From NCBI GenBank assembly GCA_030725715.1, contig JANRFG010000027.1, positions 2,649 through 66,648 on the forward strand: a stretch of 64,000 nt of DNA, read 5' to 3'. Made by a program: the position numbers and the translations under genes. Positions 7,008 through 17,053 of the stretch are shown one piece after another (positions within the stretch are counted from its first letter, which is position 1; each line of letters opens with the position of its first letter). Source of the stretch: Opitutales bacterium (GTDB lineage Bacteria; Verrucomicrobiota; Verrucomicrobiia; Opitutales; UBA953). The notes beneath the pieces are model-generated. The model was not told the origin of the DNA. It worked only from the letters and a program-made list of their open reading frames with translations, and did not search any database.

Positions 7008-8885
7008 ATGGCCGGCACGATGAATTTCTTCCGGGCCCAGGATGAGGCCCGTGGACGCACGACCAAGTTGGTCGTGCTCCTCGTGTTGGCTATCGTGGTG
7101 CTCGCCGGCTCGCTCTACGCCCTTGCGGTGTTGGGTCAGCATAAGTTGAGCCGCCGGGGCGAGATCGACTGGTTCCAAGGCGACCTCTTCTTCTGGACCG
7201 CAGGCGTGGCCCTCATCGTGATCGTCGGCGGCAGCCTGCTGCGTATCGCCGAGCTGTCGAAGGGCGGCGGCGCCATCGCCGAGCGCCTCGGCGGCCGGCT
7301 GGTCGGCGCGACCACCAAGGACGCCGCCGAGCGTCGCTACCTCAACGTCGTACAGGAGATGGCCCTGGCTTCCGGTCTGCCGGTACCGCTGTGCTACGTC
7401 ATCGATGGCGACGAGACCATCAACGCCTTCGCCGCGGGCAACTCGCCGCAGGACGCCGCGGTGGGCGTCACGCGCGGCGCGCTCCGTAATCTGACCCGCG
7501 ACGAGCTCCAGGGCGTCATCGCCCACGAGTTCAGCCACATCGGCAACGGAGACATGAAGCTCAACCTGCGCATCATCGGCACCGTCGCCGGCCTGACCGC
7601 CCTCGCGCAGCTGGGTTATATCCTCGTCCGCATCGGCCTGAGCTCGGGTTCGAACCGTAAGAACAATGCCTGGCCCATGGCCATCGCCGGGCTCGTGGTC
7701 GTCCTCGTCGGCCTCGGTGGCGTCTTCTTCGCGCGCGTCATCCAGGCCTCGGTCTCACGTCAGCGCGAGTATCTCGCGGACGCCTCTGCGGTCCAGTTCA
7801 CCCGCAACCCGCTCGGCCTCGCCTCGGCCCTGCGTAAGGTCGCTGGGCTCTCCGGCGCGCAGCGCGAAGCCTCTTCCGCCGAACTCGAAGCCCAGCACAT
7901 GTTCTTCGCGGGCTCGGCCGGCTTCCTCGAGTCGCTCTTCTCGTCGCACCCGCCGATCGGCGAGCGTATCCGTCGCGTCGACCCGGCGTTCGACGGACAT
8001 ATCCCGGACGTCATCCCGGTCGCCGTGACGGCCGATGACGAACCGGTCGCCGGTCTCAGCGGGCGGGCCGTCGCGACACCTCCGCCTCTGCCGACCCCGA
8101 CTGCAGATCCGACACGCGCGGTGCCGACGGACCTGCAGATCCAAGATTCGGTCGGCTTCCGCGGCGTGATCCCGGGTGCATTGCGCGAGGCTTCCGAAGA
8201 CCCCGTGAGCGCCATGGCCGTCGTGCTCGGGCTCATTCTTCGCCATGATCCGACGCAGCGTGCGGCCCAGCTGGCCCAGGCCGAAGCCCTCGCCGGCGGC
8301 GAAGTGGTCAAGGAGGCCCGTCGCCTCGATGCCTTGCTCCGCGCCGTGCCGGCCGGATCGCGCGTGGCCTTGCTCGACCTTTCGATGCCGGCCTTGCGTC
8401 AGCTTTCGCCGGCGCAGGTCGCGGCCTTCCGCAAGGCGCTGGAACGCGCGGGCTATGAAGCCGAAGACGGCCTGATCGTCCTGCTCATCCAGGCGTCGAT
8501 GCGTCGTTATCTTTCGACCGAGAAGAATCCGCCCAGCCGTCCGGGTGACCTCGCCTCCGCCTGCGGGCTCGTGCTTTCGGCGGTCGTGCAGACCTCCGGT
8601 GAGGATCCCGCGGCGCAGGCCCGGGCCTACGCGCTCGGTGCCGGCGTGTTGGGCATGGCTGGTTTGTCGCCCACGATGGTGCCGCCTGCGTCGGTCGACC
8701 TCGGCAAGGTCGACGAAGCCCTCGCCGTCATCGCCGGGCAGACCGTGCCGGCCCGCCGTCAGTTCGTCCGCGCCATCGGTGCGGCCATGCTGCATGACGG
8801 ACGCGCCGAGCCCGCCGAGATCGAGATCGTCCGCGCCGTCGCCGATTCGCTCGGCATCAGTTTCGCGACGGGAATCATCAGGTAG
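7008..8885 (+). CDS. M48-family (HtpX-like) zinc metalloprotease with a long C-terminal extension
   Basis: 625 aa. It has TM helices and the HEXXH motif in IAHEFSHIGNGD. The LemA-M48 pairing is common. The ~250-aa C-terminal region is helical and TerB-like (inference). Confidence 0.75.
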   Translation: MAGTMNFFRAQDEARGRTTKLVVLLVLAIVVLAGSLYALAVLGQHKLSRRGEIDWFQGDLFFWTAGVALIVIVGGSLLRIAELSKGGGAIAERLGGRLVGATTKDAAERRYLNVVQEMALASGLPVPLCYVIDGDETINAFAAGNSPQDAAVGVTRGALRNLTRDELQGVIAHEFSHIGNGDMKLNLRIIGTVAGLTALAQLGYILVRIGLSSGSNRKNNAWPMAIAGLVVVLVGLGGVFFARVIQASVSRQREYLADASAVQFTRNPLGLASALRKVAGLSGAQREASSAELEAQHMFFAGSAGFLESLFSSHPPIGERIRRVDPAFDGHIPDVIPVAVTADDEPVAGLSGRAVATPPPLPTPTADPTRAVPTDLQIQDSVGFRGVIPGALREASEDPVSAMAVVLGLILRHDPTQRAAQLAQAEALAGGEVVKEARRLDALLRAVPAGSRVALLDLSMPALRQLSPAQVAAFRKALERAGYEAEDGLIVLLIQASMRRYLSTEKNPPSRPGDLASACGLVLSAVVQTSGEDPAAQARAYALGAGVLGMAGLSPTMVPPASVDLGKVDEALAVIAGQTVPARRQFVRAIGAAMLHDGRAEPAEIEIVRAVADSLGISFATGIIR

Positions 8886-8906
8886 GGACAGCACCACGTG
8901 CTGTCC
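8881..8906 (+). repeat. REP copy 3
   Basis: Identical 26-mer. It overlaps the TAG stop (8883-8885) of the M48 protease gene. Confidence 0.9.
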
Positions 8907-8927
8907 TGAGAACTCGTTTCAGGTGGC

Positions 8928-9043
8928 GGGTGGCGGCCTCGGGTGGCCGGTGGCGGGGAGGTGCCAAAAGAAAACCCCCGAACCTAAGTCCGGAGGTTTT
9001 TAGCCTGCCACCCGTCACCTGGGGCTGCCACCTGCAACCCGAA
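8928..9043. repeat. GGTGGC-arm inverted repeat (same family as 2538-2689)
   Basis: The left arm gggtggcggcctcgggtggccggtggcgggg differs by 1 nt in 30 from 2538-2567. The right arm cctgccacccgtcacctggggctgccacctgcaacccgaag resembles 2650-2689. Confidence 0.8.
8966..9001. terminator. bidirectional rho-independent terminator inside the inverted repeat
   Basis: The stem aaaacccccg / cggaggtttt has 1 mismatch and a 10-nt loop, with a T-run on both strands. It lies between the convergent M48 and gpmI genes. Confidence 0.65.
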
Positions 9044-9055
9044 GTGGGTTTGCAG

Positions 9056-10609
9056 TTACCCTGCGATCAGCGACTCGCCGGTCATCTCCGCCGGCTTCGG
9101 CAGGCCCATGAGGGCGAGCAGGGTCGGGGCGACGTCGGCCAGGCGGCCGGTGGGGCGGGTCTTGAGCGCCTTGCAGCCTTCGCCGTAGAGGACGACCTCG
9201 ACGGGGCTGAGCGTGTGGCGCGTGTGGGCGCAGTTCTCTTCCGGCTCCCACATCTGGTCGGCGTTGCCGTGGTCGGCCGTGACGAGGGCCTTGCCGCCGA
9301 CCTGGTCGATGGCGGCGAGGAGGACGCCGAGGCCGCTGTCGACCGCTTCGCAGGCCTTGCAGACCGCGGCGAGGTCGCCGGTGTGGCCGACCATGTCCGG
9401 GTTGGCGTAGTTGACGACGATGAGGCCGTACTTGCCGGAAAGGATCGCGGCCTTGGCCATCTCGGTGACGTGCGAAGCCGACATCTCGGGCTTCTGGTTG
9501 TAGGTCGAGACTTCCTTCGGGCTCTGCGCCATGCCGCGCTCTTCGCCGGCGAAGGCTTCTTCGCGGTAGTCGTTGAAGAAGAAGGTCACGTGCGGGAACT
9601 TCTCGGTCTCCGCGGTGCGATACTGCGGGATGCCCTGCTTGGCGACCCACTCGCCGAGGATGTTCACCATCTTGGCGGGCTTATCGAAGACCACGTTGGA
9701 GCAGAGGCCTTTCTCGTAGTTCGTCAGCGTGGCGTAGAAGATCTTGAGCAGCTTCGCGCGCGGGAAGCCCTTGAATTCCGGATCGATGAAGGCGCGGGTG
9801 ATCTCGCGCGGGCGGTCGCCACGGAAGTTGAAGAACAGCACCGAGTCGCCGTCCTGGATGAAGGCCGTGCCCTTGATGCGGGTGGCGGGGACGAACTCAT
9901 CGCCGGTCGTATTGGCGTCGGTCGGCTTGTCGTAATAGGCCTGCACGGCTTCGGCGGCCGAGGCGGCCTCCGGGGCCGGGGCGCCGGTGAGGGCGTCGTA
10001 GGCGGTCTTCACGCGTTCCCAGCGGTTGTCGCGGTCCATGGCCCAGAAGCGGCCGGCGACGCTGGCGACCTGGCCGATACCGATCTTCACGAGTTCGGCT
10101 TCGAGCTGCTTGAGGTAGCCGAGGCCCGAGGTGGGCGGGCTGTCACGGCCGTCCATGAAGGCGTGGACGAAGACCTTGGTGAGGCCTTCTTCCTTCAGCA
10201 GGCGGAGCAGGGCGTAGAGGTGGGGCAGGGTGGAGTGGACGCCGGCTTCGGAGCACAGGCCCATCAGGTGGACCGCGCCGCCGGTGGCCTTGACGTTCTC
10301 GACGAGGCCGCGGAAGGCCTTGATCTGGCGCATGGCGGCCGGATCGGTGAGGCCTTTGTCGATGCGGACGATCTCCTGGTCGACGATGCGGCCGGCGCCG
10401 ATGTTCTGGTGGCCGACTTCGGAATTACCCATGATGCCGACCGGCAGGCCGACATCGAGGCCGTGAGCCATGATCTCGGTGCGGGGCCAATCCTTGGTCA
10501 GGCCGCGCGAGACCGGGATGTTCGCCAGCTTCACGGCGTTGAACTTGTCATGCTTGGGGTCGTGGTTTTCGCCCCAACCGTCGCGGATCACCAGAAGTAC
10601 GGATTTCAT
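9056..10609 (-). CDS. gpmI: 2,3-bisphosphoglycerate-independent phosphoglycerate mutase
   Basis: 517 aa. LLVIRDGWG and [17 protein letters not shown], with full-length resemblance to iPGM. Confidence 0.9.
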   Translation of the reverse strand: MKSVLLVIRDGWGENHDPKHDKFNAVKLANIPVSRGLTKDWPRTEIMAHGLDVGLPVGIMGNSEVGHQNIGAGRIVDQEIVRIDKGLTDPAAMRQIKAFRGLVENVKATGGAVHLMGLCSEAGVHSTLPHLYALLRLLKEEGLTKVFVHAFMDGRDSPPTSGLGYLKQLEAELVKIGIGQVASVAGRFWAMDRDNRWERVKTAYDALTGAPAPEAASAAEAVQAYYDKPTDANTTGDEFVPATRIKGTAFIQDGDSVLFFNFRGDRPREITRAFIDPEFKGFPRAKLLKIFYATLTNYEKGLCSNVVFDKPAKMVNILGEWVAKQGIPQYRTAETEKFPHVTFFFNDYREEAFAGEERGMAQSPKEVSTYNQKPEMSASHVTEMAKAAILSGKYGLIVVNYANPDMVGHTGDLAAVCKACEAVDSGLGVLLAAIDQVGGKALVTADHGNADQMWEPEENCAHTRHTLSPVEVVLYGEGCKALKTRPTGRLADVAPTLLALMGLPKPAEMTGESLIAG

Positions 10610-10774
10610 ATGTGGATAGGAGGAAGAGATAGGGTGAGTTAGGGCAGGGAGGCAAGAAGCAGGTGCGCCGGAGGCGCGAGAGGCCCTGATGCCCGGAGGA
10701 CCCTAAAGCAATGGGTAGGGTCGGGACCGCGTCACGACCTAGCCTGTCTTGGGTAGGGTTGAGCGCCCGCTCAG

Positions 10775-10790
10775 GTGCAAAAGTGCAAAA
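10775..10790 (+). repeat. GTGCAAAA octamer x2
   Basis: gtgcaaaagtgcaaaa, read directly. It is inverted relative to the array at 10817-10848. Confidence 0.85.
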
Positions 10791-10816
10791 GTTAAGGCAT
10801 CGGGCATGGTCGCCAC

Positions 10817-10848
10817 ATTTGCACCTTTGCACGTTTGCACCTTTGCAC
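10817..10848 (-). repeat. GTGCAAAN octamer x4 (reads NTTTGCAC on the + strand)
   Basis: atttgcac ctttgcac gtttgcac ctttgcac, ending 13 nt before ATG 10862. Confidence 0.85.
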
Positions 10849-10861
10849 CTACGGATTGGGT

Positions 10862-11635
10862 ATGCCCCGCATTATCCTCGCTCTGCTCGGAATGGCCTTT
10901 TGCGCCGTCGCTTCGGCCGCCACGGTCGAGAAGCTCACCATCGACGGCAAGGCGGTGACCGTGAAGGTCCCCACGCAGGCCGCCCCAGGTAAGCCTTGGC
11001 TCTGGGTCGGTGAGTTCGGCGGTCACTTGAAGAAGCTCGAGGACGGCTTGGTCGAGAAAGGTTGGCACGTCGTCTATGTCGGCGTGAGCAACCAGTTCGG
11101 CTCCGCCCGCTCGATGGCGACCTGGGAAAAGGTCTACGCGGAACTGCGTGCCCAGCGTGGGCTCTCGGCCAAGCCGGCGCTCCTCGGTATCTCGCGCGGC
11201 GGCTTATACATCAACGCCTGGACGCGCCTGCATCCGGACCGCGTGAGCGTGCTCTACCTCGACAACGGCGTGTGCGACATCCGTTCCTGGCCGGGCGGCG
11301 TCGCCCTGACCCACCAGAGCAAGGGCAGCCCGAAGGACTGGGCGCTGTACAAGACCGAGTTCGGTTATGCCAACGACGACGAAGCCAAGGCCAAGTCACT
11401 GCAGGCCGCCGAAGGCCTGCTCCCGGCGATCAAGGCCGGCGTGTTCCTGATTTCTTGCCACGGCACCGCGGATAAGACCGTGCCGTTCGAAGACAATGCC
11501 GCGCACGTCATCAAGCTCTGGCAGGACAACGGCGGCCGCGTGAAACTATTTCCCAAGGAAGGCGGCGACCACCATCCCCACGGCCTGCCCGATGTCGCGC
11601 CGTTGATCGAGGTCCTTACGGCGGAGGCGAAGTGA
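10862..11635 (+). CDS. secreted alpha/beta hydrolase (dienelactone hydrolase / peptidase S9-like)
   Basis: The internal ATG at 10862 gives the signal peptide MPRIILALLGMAFCAVASA. It has a GISRGG nucleophile elbow, an Asp in HGTADKTVP and a His in GGDHHPHG. Confidence 0.7.
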   Translation: MPRIILALLGMAFCAVASAATVEKLTIDGKAVTVKVPTQAAPGKPWLWVGEFGGHLKKLEDGLVEKGWHVVYVGVSNQFGSARSMATWEKVYAELRAQRGLSAKPALLGISRGGLYINAWTRLHPDRVSVLYLDNGVCDIRSWPGGVALTHQSKGSPKDWALYKTEFGYANDDEAKAKSLQAAEGLLPAIKAGVFLISCHGTADKTVPFEDNAAHVIKLWQDNGGRVKLFPKEGGDHHPHGLPDVAPLIEVLTAEAK

Positions 11636-11660
11636 CCGCAGGCTAAACCTGCGGAGGGGG

Positions 11661-11746
11661 CACGTGGGCAAGGTGACACGTGGGCAAGAGGGTGTTTGTC
11701 TTAACCCCTTGTCCCCTTAACTCGTGCCCACTTAACCCTCGCAGCC

Positions 11747-11751
<5 letters not shown>
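11661..11751. repeat. periodic word repeats: CACGTGGGCAAG x2 and CTTAA(C/G) x4 at about 15-16 nt spacing
   Basis: CACGTGGGCAAG starts at 11661 and 11677. CTTAAC starts at 11700, 11716 and 11731, and CTTAAG at 11746. The left and right halves are partly complementary (gtgggca / tgcccac). Confidence 0.7.
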
Positions 11752-13759
<2,008 letters not shown>

Positions 13760-13800
13760 GGGGTCATCTCAACCCCTTTGCCCGCAGAGGTCAACGAGCG

Positions 13801-14832
13801 TCAGAAATCCCAGCGATGGGAGGACGGCACCCACTGGTAGCCCTTGCGTCCGTTCGGGATGACCACGCCCAGGCCCGGCCAAGGGAGGTGGAAGCCGTAG
13901 GCGCGCTCCTTGGTGGCCGCGATCTCGGCGAAGACCTTCTTGCGGGTGGCGATCGCCACTTCCGGATTATGGTCGAAATCGATGAACCAGTTCGGGTCCT
14001 CGAACATCAGCACGTGGTTGTGGGCGAGGTCCGAGATGTGCAGCAGGGAGTCATCGCCGGACTTGATGCGGAAGATCGCATGGCCGTCGGTGTGGCCCGG
14101 GGCGGCGAGGATCGTGATCGCGCCGTCGAGGATCTGGTCGCCGTCCTTGTGGATGACCAGGTTGGGCTGGAGGGTGTCGAACGAACCACGGACGTTGCGG
14201 ATCATGCCCTTGATGTCGTCGGTACGGTGCGACTTCGAGAAGTCGGGTTCCTTGCCGCGCCAGAAGTCGACCTCCTCCTTGAGCACGTGCACGGCCGCGT
14301 TGGGGAAGAGGATCTTGCCGCCGCTGGCGAGGCCGCCGATATGGTCGATGTGCGAGTGGCTGAGGAGGGCGTGAGTGACGTCCTTGAACGCGATCCCGAT
14401 GCTGTCCATCGCGTCGGCGAGCCAGCCCCAGGTGGCGTTCTTGTGCGGGCCGAAGCCGGCGTCGACGAGGATGACTTCCTTGTCCTTACGCAGGAGGAGG
14501 ATGTTGACGTAGAGCGTCATGTCGTCCGGGCGTTCGCCGAGGTTCGTCAGGGCCTTGGTCATCTCGGGGCGCTCGGCCGGCGGCCACATCTTCTTCGTCA
14601 CGCCCTGTTTGAAGGTACCGAAGCCGTCGCTGATCGACCAGGCCTCGAACTTGCCGATCGAGAACTTATAGACGTAGGGGTTCGAAATGACCTTCTTCGG
14701 GATCGGATTGCCCGCGGCGTCAGTCGCCGCTTGGGCGGCCGAAAGCGCGGCGGGTAGGCTGAGGGCGGCGATGGCGGCGCCAAGGCTGCCGAGGAACTGG
14801 CGGCGGGAGTTATCCGGGAGGGGCTTTTCCAT
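13801..14832 (-). CDS. Tat-exported MBL-fold metallo-hydrolase
   Basis: The internal ATG at 14832 of ORF 13801..15054 gives the twin-arginine signal MEKPLPDNSRRQFLGSLGAA. HxHxDH motif in SHSHIDHIGG. The upstream part of the ORF is a translation of repeat DNA. Confidence 0.8.
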   Translation of the reverse strand: MEKPLPDNSRRQFLGSLGAAIAALSLPAALSAAQAATDAAGNPIPKKVISNPYVYKFSIGKFEAWSISDGFGTFKQGVTKKMWPPAERPEMTKALTNLGERPDDMTLYVNILLLRKDKEVILVDAGFGPHKNATWGWLADAMDSIGIAFKDVTHALLSHSHIDHIGGLASGGKILFPNAAVHVLKEEVDFWRGKEPDFSKSHRTDDIKGMIRNVRGSFDTLQPNLVIHKDGDQILDGAITILAAPGHTDGHAIFRIKSGDDSLLHISDLAHNHVLMFEDPNWFIDFDHNPEVAIATRKKVFAEIAATKERAYGFHLPWPGLGVVIPNGRKGYQWVPSSHRWDF

Positions 14833-14853
14833 GAGGGTGTGAGGGGAGATAAA

Positions 14854-14885
14854 GTGCAAAGGTGCAAAAGTGCAAACGTGCAAAA
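14854..14885 (+). repeat. GTGCAAAN octamer x4
   Basis: gtgcaaag gtgcaaaa gtgcaaac gtgcaaaa. On the coding strand of the MBL gene this reads NTTTGCAC x4, ending 21 nt upstream of its ATG. Confidence 0.85.
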
Positions 14886-14914
14886 GTCGCCGAAGGGGCA
14901 GGGGTAGGGATGGG

Positions 14915-14940
14915 GGTAGGGACAGCACCACGTGCTGTCC
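14915..14940 (+). repeat. REP copy 4
   Basis: Identical 26-mer embedded in the mosaic. Confidence 0.9.
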
Positions 14941-14943
14941 TTG

Positions 14944-14988
14944 GTGCAAAAGTGCAAATCGGCCTACGGCCTGTGCAAAGGTGCAAAA
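14944..14988 (+). repeat. GTGCAAAN octamers, 2 + 2 units separated by tcggcctacggcct
   Basis: gtgcaaaa gtgcaaat ... gtgcaaag gtgcaaaa, read directly. Confidence 0.85.
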
Positions 14989-15169
14989 GTGAGAGGCAAT
15001 CGTTTCGGGTGGCGGGTGGCAGGTAATCATCCCGCACCCGCCCCGTAACCGCACCTGATACCCGATGGCCGAGACTGGAGACTCGGAAATAGCACCGCAG
15101 CATCCTTCCCGGCTTCCAGTCTCCCTTTGATGGGCTACTACCCCAACCCCTAACCCAACCCCTACCCCT

Positions 15170-15189
15170 GCGAGGCCTTCAGGCCTCGC
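15170..15189 (-). terminator. hairpin directly after the rseP stop codon
   Basis: GCGAGGCC-ttca-GGCCTCGC is a perfect 8-bp stem abutting the stop at 15190-15192. There is no T-run, so terminator function is uncertain. Confidence 0.45.
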
Positions 15190-17028
15190 TCACTTCTTCA
15201 CGCTGAAGTCCTGCGGCTTATAGACGTGGCGTTCCAGGAGCTGCTGCTTGAGCTGGAGTTCGCTGTCGCCGGAGCAACGGCGGACGTCGTGCAGGATGAT
15301 GTAGGCCATCAGCGAGAGCAGGAGGACCATGAAGGTATACTGGAGGATGATGACCGCCTTGTTGCTCAGCAGGCCCTTGGTGAAGCGCTGGATGGTGGCG
15401 ATGAGCATGTGGCCGCCGTCGAGGACCGGGATCGGCAGCAGGTTCAGCACGGCGAGGTTCAGGTTGATCAGCACCGTGAACCAGAGCACGCGGCGGATGT
15501 CCTCGGACAAGTTGTAGTAGGTCTTCGTGATCGAGATCACCGAGGCCAGCTGCTTCACCTGGATGTCCGACCCGCGGTCGAAGAGGCGGCCGAGGGTCGT
15601 GAAGGTCGACTTCACGATGCCCGCGCAGGTCTCCCACGGGTTGCGGTAGGCGAGTTCGGTGCGGTTGGCGTAGCGGATCCCGACCTGCGCGTGGCGGGCG
15701 GGCTGCTTGTCGATGCTGTGGGCTTTCTTCAGCGTCAGGTTGCCCGAGTCGCCGTTGGCGCGCTTCCAGTAGAGCGTCAGGTCGCGGGGAGCTTTGCCGA
15801 CGGCCTGCTCGAGGCCTTCGATCGAGCGGACCGAGGCGATCTGGTCGCGACCGTCGACTTTGTCGATGATGGTGCCGATCTTCAGCGTCTCGGCCAGTTC
15901 CGGGTCGTCGGGCGAGATGCCCAGGACCATCAGCTGGTCGCGGACGGCCTCGGGGTCCTTGGTCAGGAGGTCGCGGGTCGCCGGCACCAGGATCAGCGAA
16001 CGCTGTTTCGTCTCACCGTAGGCGATGACGCTGACCGGGTTCACCGTGGTGGTGGCCTGCGGGGTGATCACGAGGCTGACGTCGGCGCCGCCGGCCTTGC
16101 GGACGAGGAGCGTGCGCGGCTTGGCCCCGCCTTCGCGGAGCATCTCGCGGAATTCGACGGTGTTGTTGAGCGGCTGGCCGTCGAGCTCGAGGATGCGGTC
16201 TTCGGGCCGGAGGCCGGCCTTCTCGGCCGGAGACCCCGGCACGACTTCGCCGATGACGACGGGCGTGCGCGGCTGCAGGCCGGCCACGCGGACCTTGTCG
16301 CCGGACTTCGCGTTGAGCTCGATGCGGACCGGCTGGACCACGAACTCGAGGACCTGGCCGTCGCGCTCGACCTTGAACGTCGCGGTGGGATTGCCCTGCG
16401 AGTCCTTGCGGTTGCCGAGCATGACGGCCTCGCTGATCTGGTTGAAGTTCGTGACCTCCGCGTCGTCGACGGCGAGCACCTTGTCGCCCGGTCGCAGGCC
16501 GGCCTTGTAGGCGGGTCCGACCGCGGTGCTGCCGAGGCCCAGTTCGGCGAGATGGTCGGAGCTCGTGGCGATCTGGGCCGGCACGTAGCCGATCACGGTC
16601 GTCGTGCTGCCGGCGGCGACGGGCATCCCGACGAACCAGAGGACGCCGGCCAGCGCGAAGGCGAAGATGACGTTGAAGACCGCGCCCATGACCGAGACGA
16701 TCATCTTGTCGGCGTAGGAGATCTTCGGGAGCTTCTCGGCCTCTTCGCTGCTCGCGCCTTCGATGCCTTCCATGTCGGCGAGCTGGGGCAGGGCGACGTA
16801 GCCGCCGAGCGGGATGATCGAGACGCGGTAGTCGACGCCGTCCTTGCCGGTCCAGCCGAAGAGGCGCGGGCCGAAGCCGATCGAGAAGCGCTCGATCTTC
16901 AGGCCGCGCTTGCGGGCGGCGAGGAAGTGGCCGAGCTCGTGCACGAAGATCGAGCCGCCGAAGAAGACGGCGACCAGGATGATGCCCCAGAGGGAGCCGA
17001 GTAGGTCGTTGAAAGAGAGGTTGTCCAT
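15190..17028 (-). CDS. rseP: RIP metalloprotease RseP (site-2 protease, M50) with extended PDZ region
   Basis: 612 aa. HELGHFLAARKRG (HExxH), PDZ-like segments, C-terminal NLLPIPVLDGGH. It lies downstream of dxr, as in many bacteria. Confidence 0.9.
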   Translation of the reverse strand: MDNLSFNDLLGSLWGIILVAVFFGGSIFVHELGHFLAARKRGLKIERFSIGFGPRLFGWTGKDGVDYRVSIIPLGGYVALPQLADMEGIEGASSEEAEKLPKISYADKMIVSVMGAVFNVIFAFALAGVLWFVGMPVAAGSTTTVIGYVPAQIATSSDHLAELGLGSTAVGPAYKAGLRPGDKVLAVDDAEVTNFNQISEAVMLGNRKDSQGNPTATFKVERDGQVLEFVVQPVRIELNAKSGDKVRVAGLQPRTPVVIGEVVPGSPAEKAGLRPEDRILELDGQPLNNTVEFREMLREGGAKPRTLLVRKAGGADVSLVITPQATTTVNPVSVIAYGETKQRSLILVPATRDLLTKDPEAVRDQLMVLGISPDDPELAETLKIGTIIDKVDGRDQIASVRSIEGLEQAVGKAPRDLTLYWKRANGDSGNLTLKKAHSIDKQPARHAQVGIRYANRTELAYRNPWETCAGIVKSTFTTLGRLFDRGSDIQVKQLASVISITKTYYNLSEDIRRVLWFTVLINLNLAVLNLLPIPVLDGGHMLIATIQRFTKGLLSNKAVIILQYTFMVLLLSLMAYIILHDVRRCSGDSELQLKQQLLERHVYKPQDFSVKK

Positions 17029-17053
17029 TTAAAGGGGAGGGAAAGGGGTTATC

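Larger units (their letters stand above)
14895..15168. repeat. mosaic element (G-run, REP, octamers, GGTGGC module, C-run)
   Basis: The G-run at 14895-14921 faces the C-run at 15141-15168. 15014-15034 (gggtggcaggtaatcatcccg) matches the reverse complement of 2639-2659 with 1 mismatch. ggccgagac at 15067-15075 matches the reverse complement of part of 2587-2596. Confidence 0.8.

Noticed and set aside
14854-14988. Possible CRISPR array (regularly spaced short repeats), here and at 10775-10848.
   Set aside because: The units are only 8 nt, directly abutting or separated by other repeat modules. There are no unique spacers of 25-40 nt, no leader and no cas genes in the window.
13801-15054. Repetitive CTFAPLH / LHLCTFAP-type peptides in ORFs 10711..10992, 10749..10958, 10835..11635 (N-terminus), 13801..15054 (N-terminus), 14598..14957 and 14810..15103. 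Also Gly/Trp/Pro-rich peptides in 2300..2806, 2526..2813 and 2540..2827.
   Set aside because: They are translations of the GTGCAAAN octamer arrays and of the G-run and GGTGGC modules. The real genes start at internal ATGs that give proper signal peptides (10862 and 14832).
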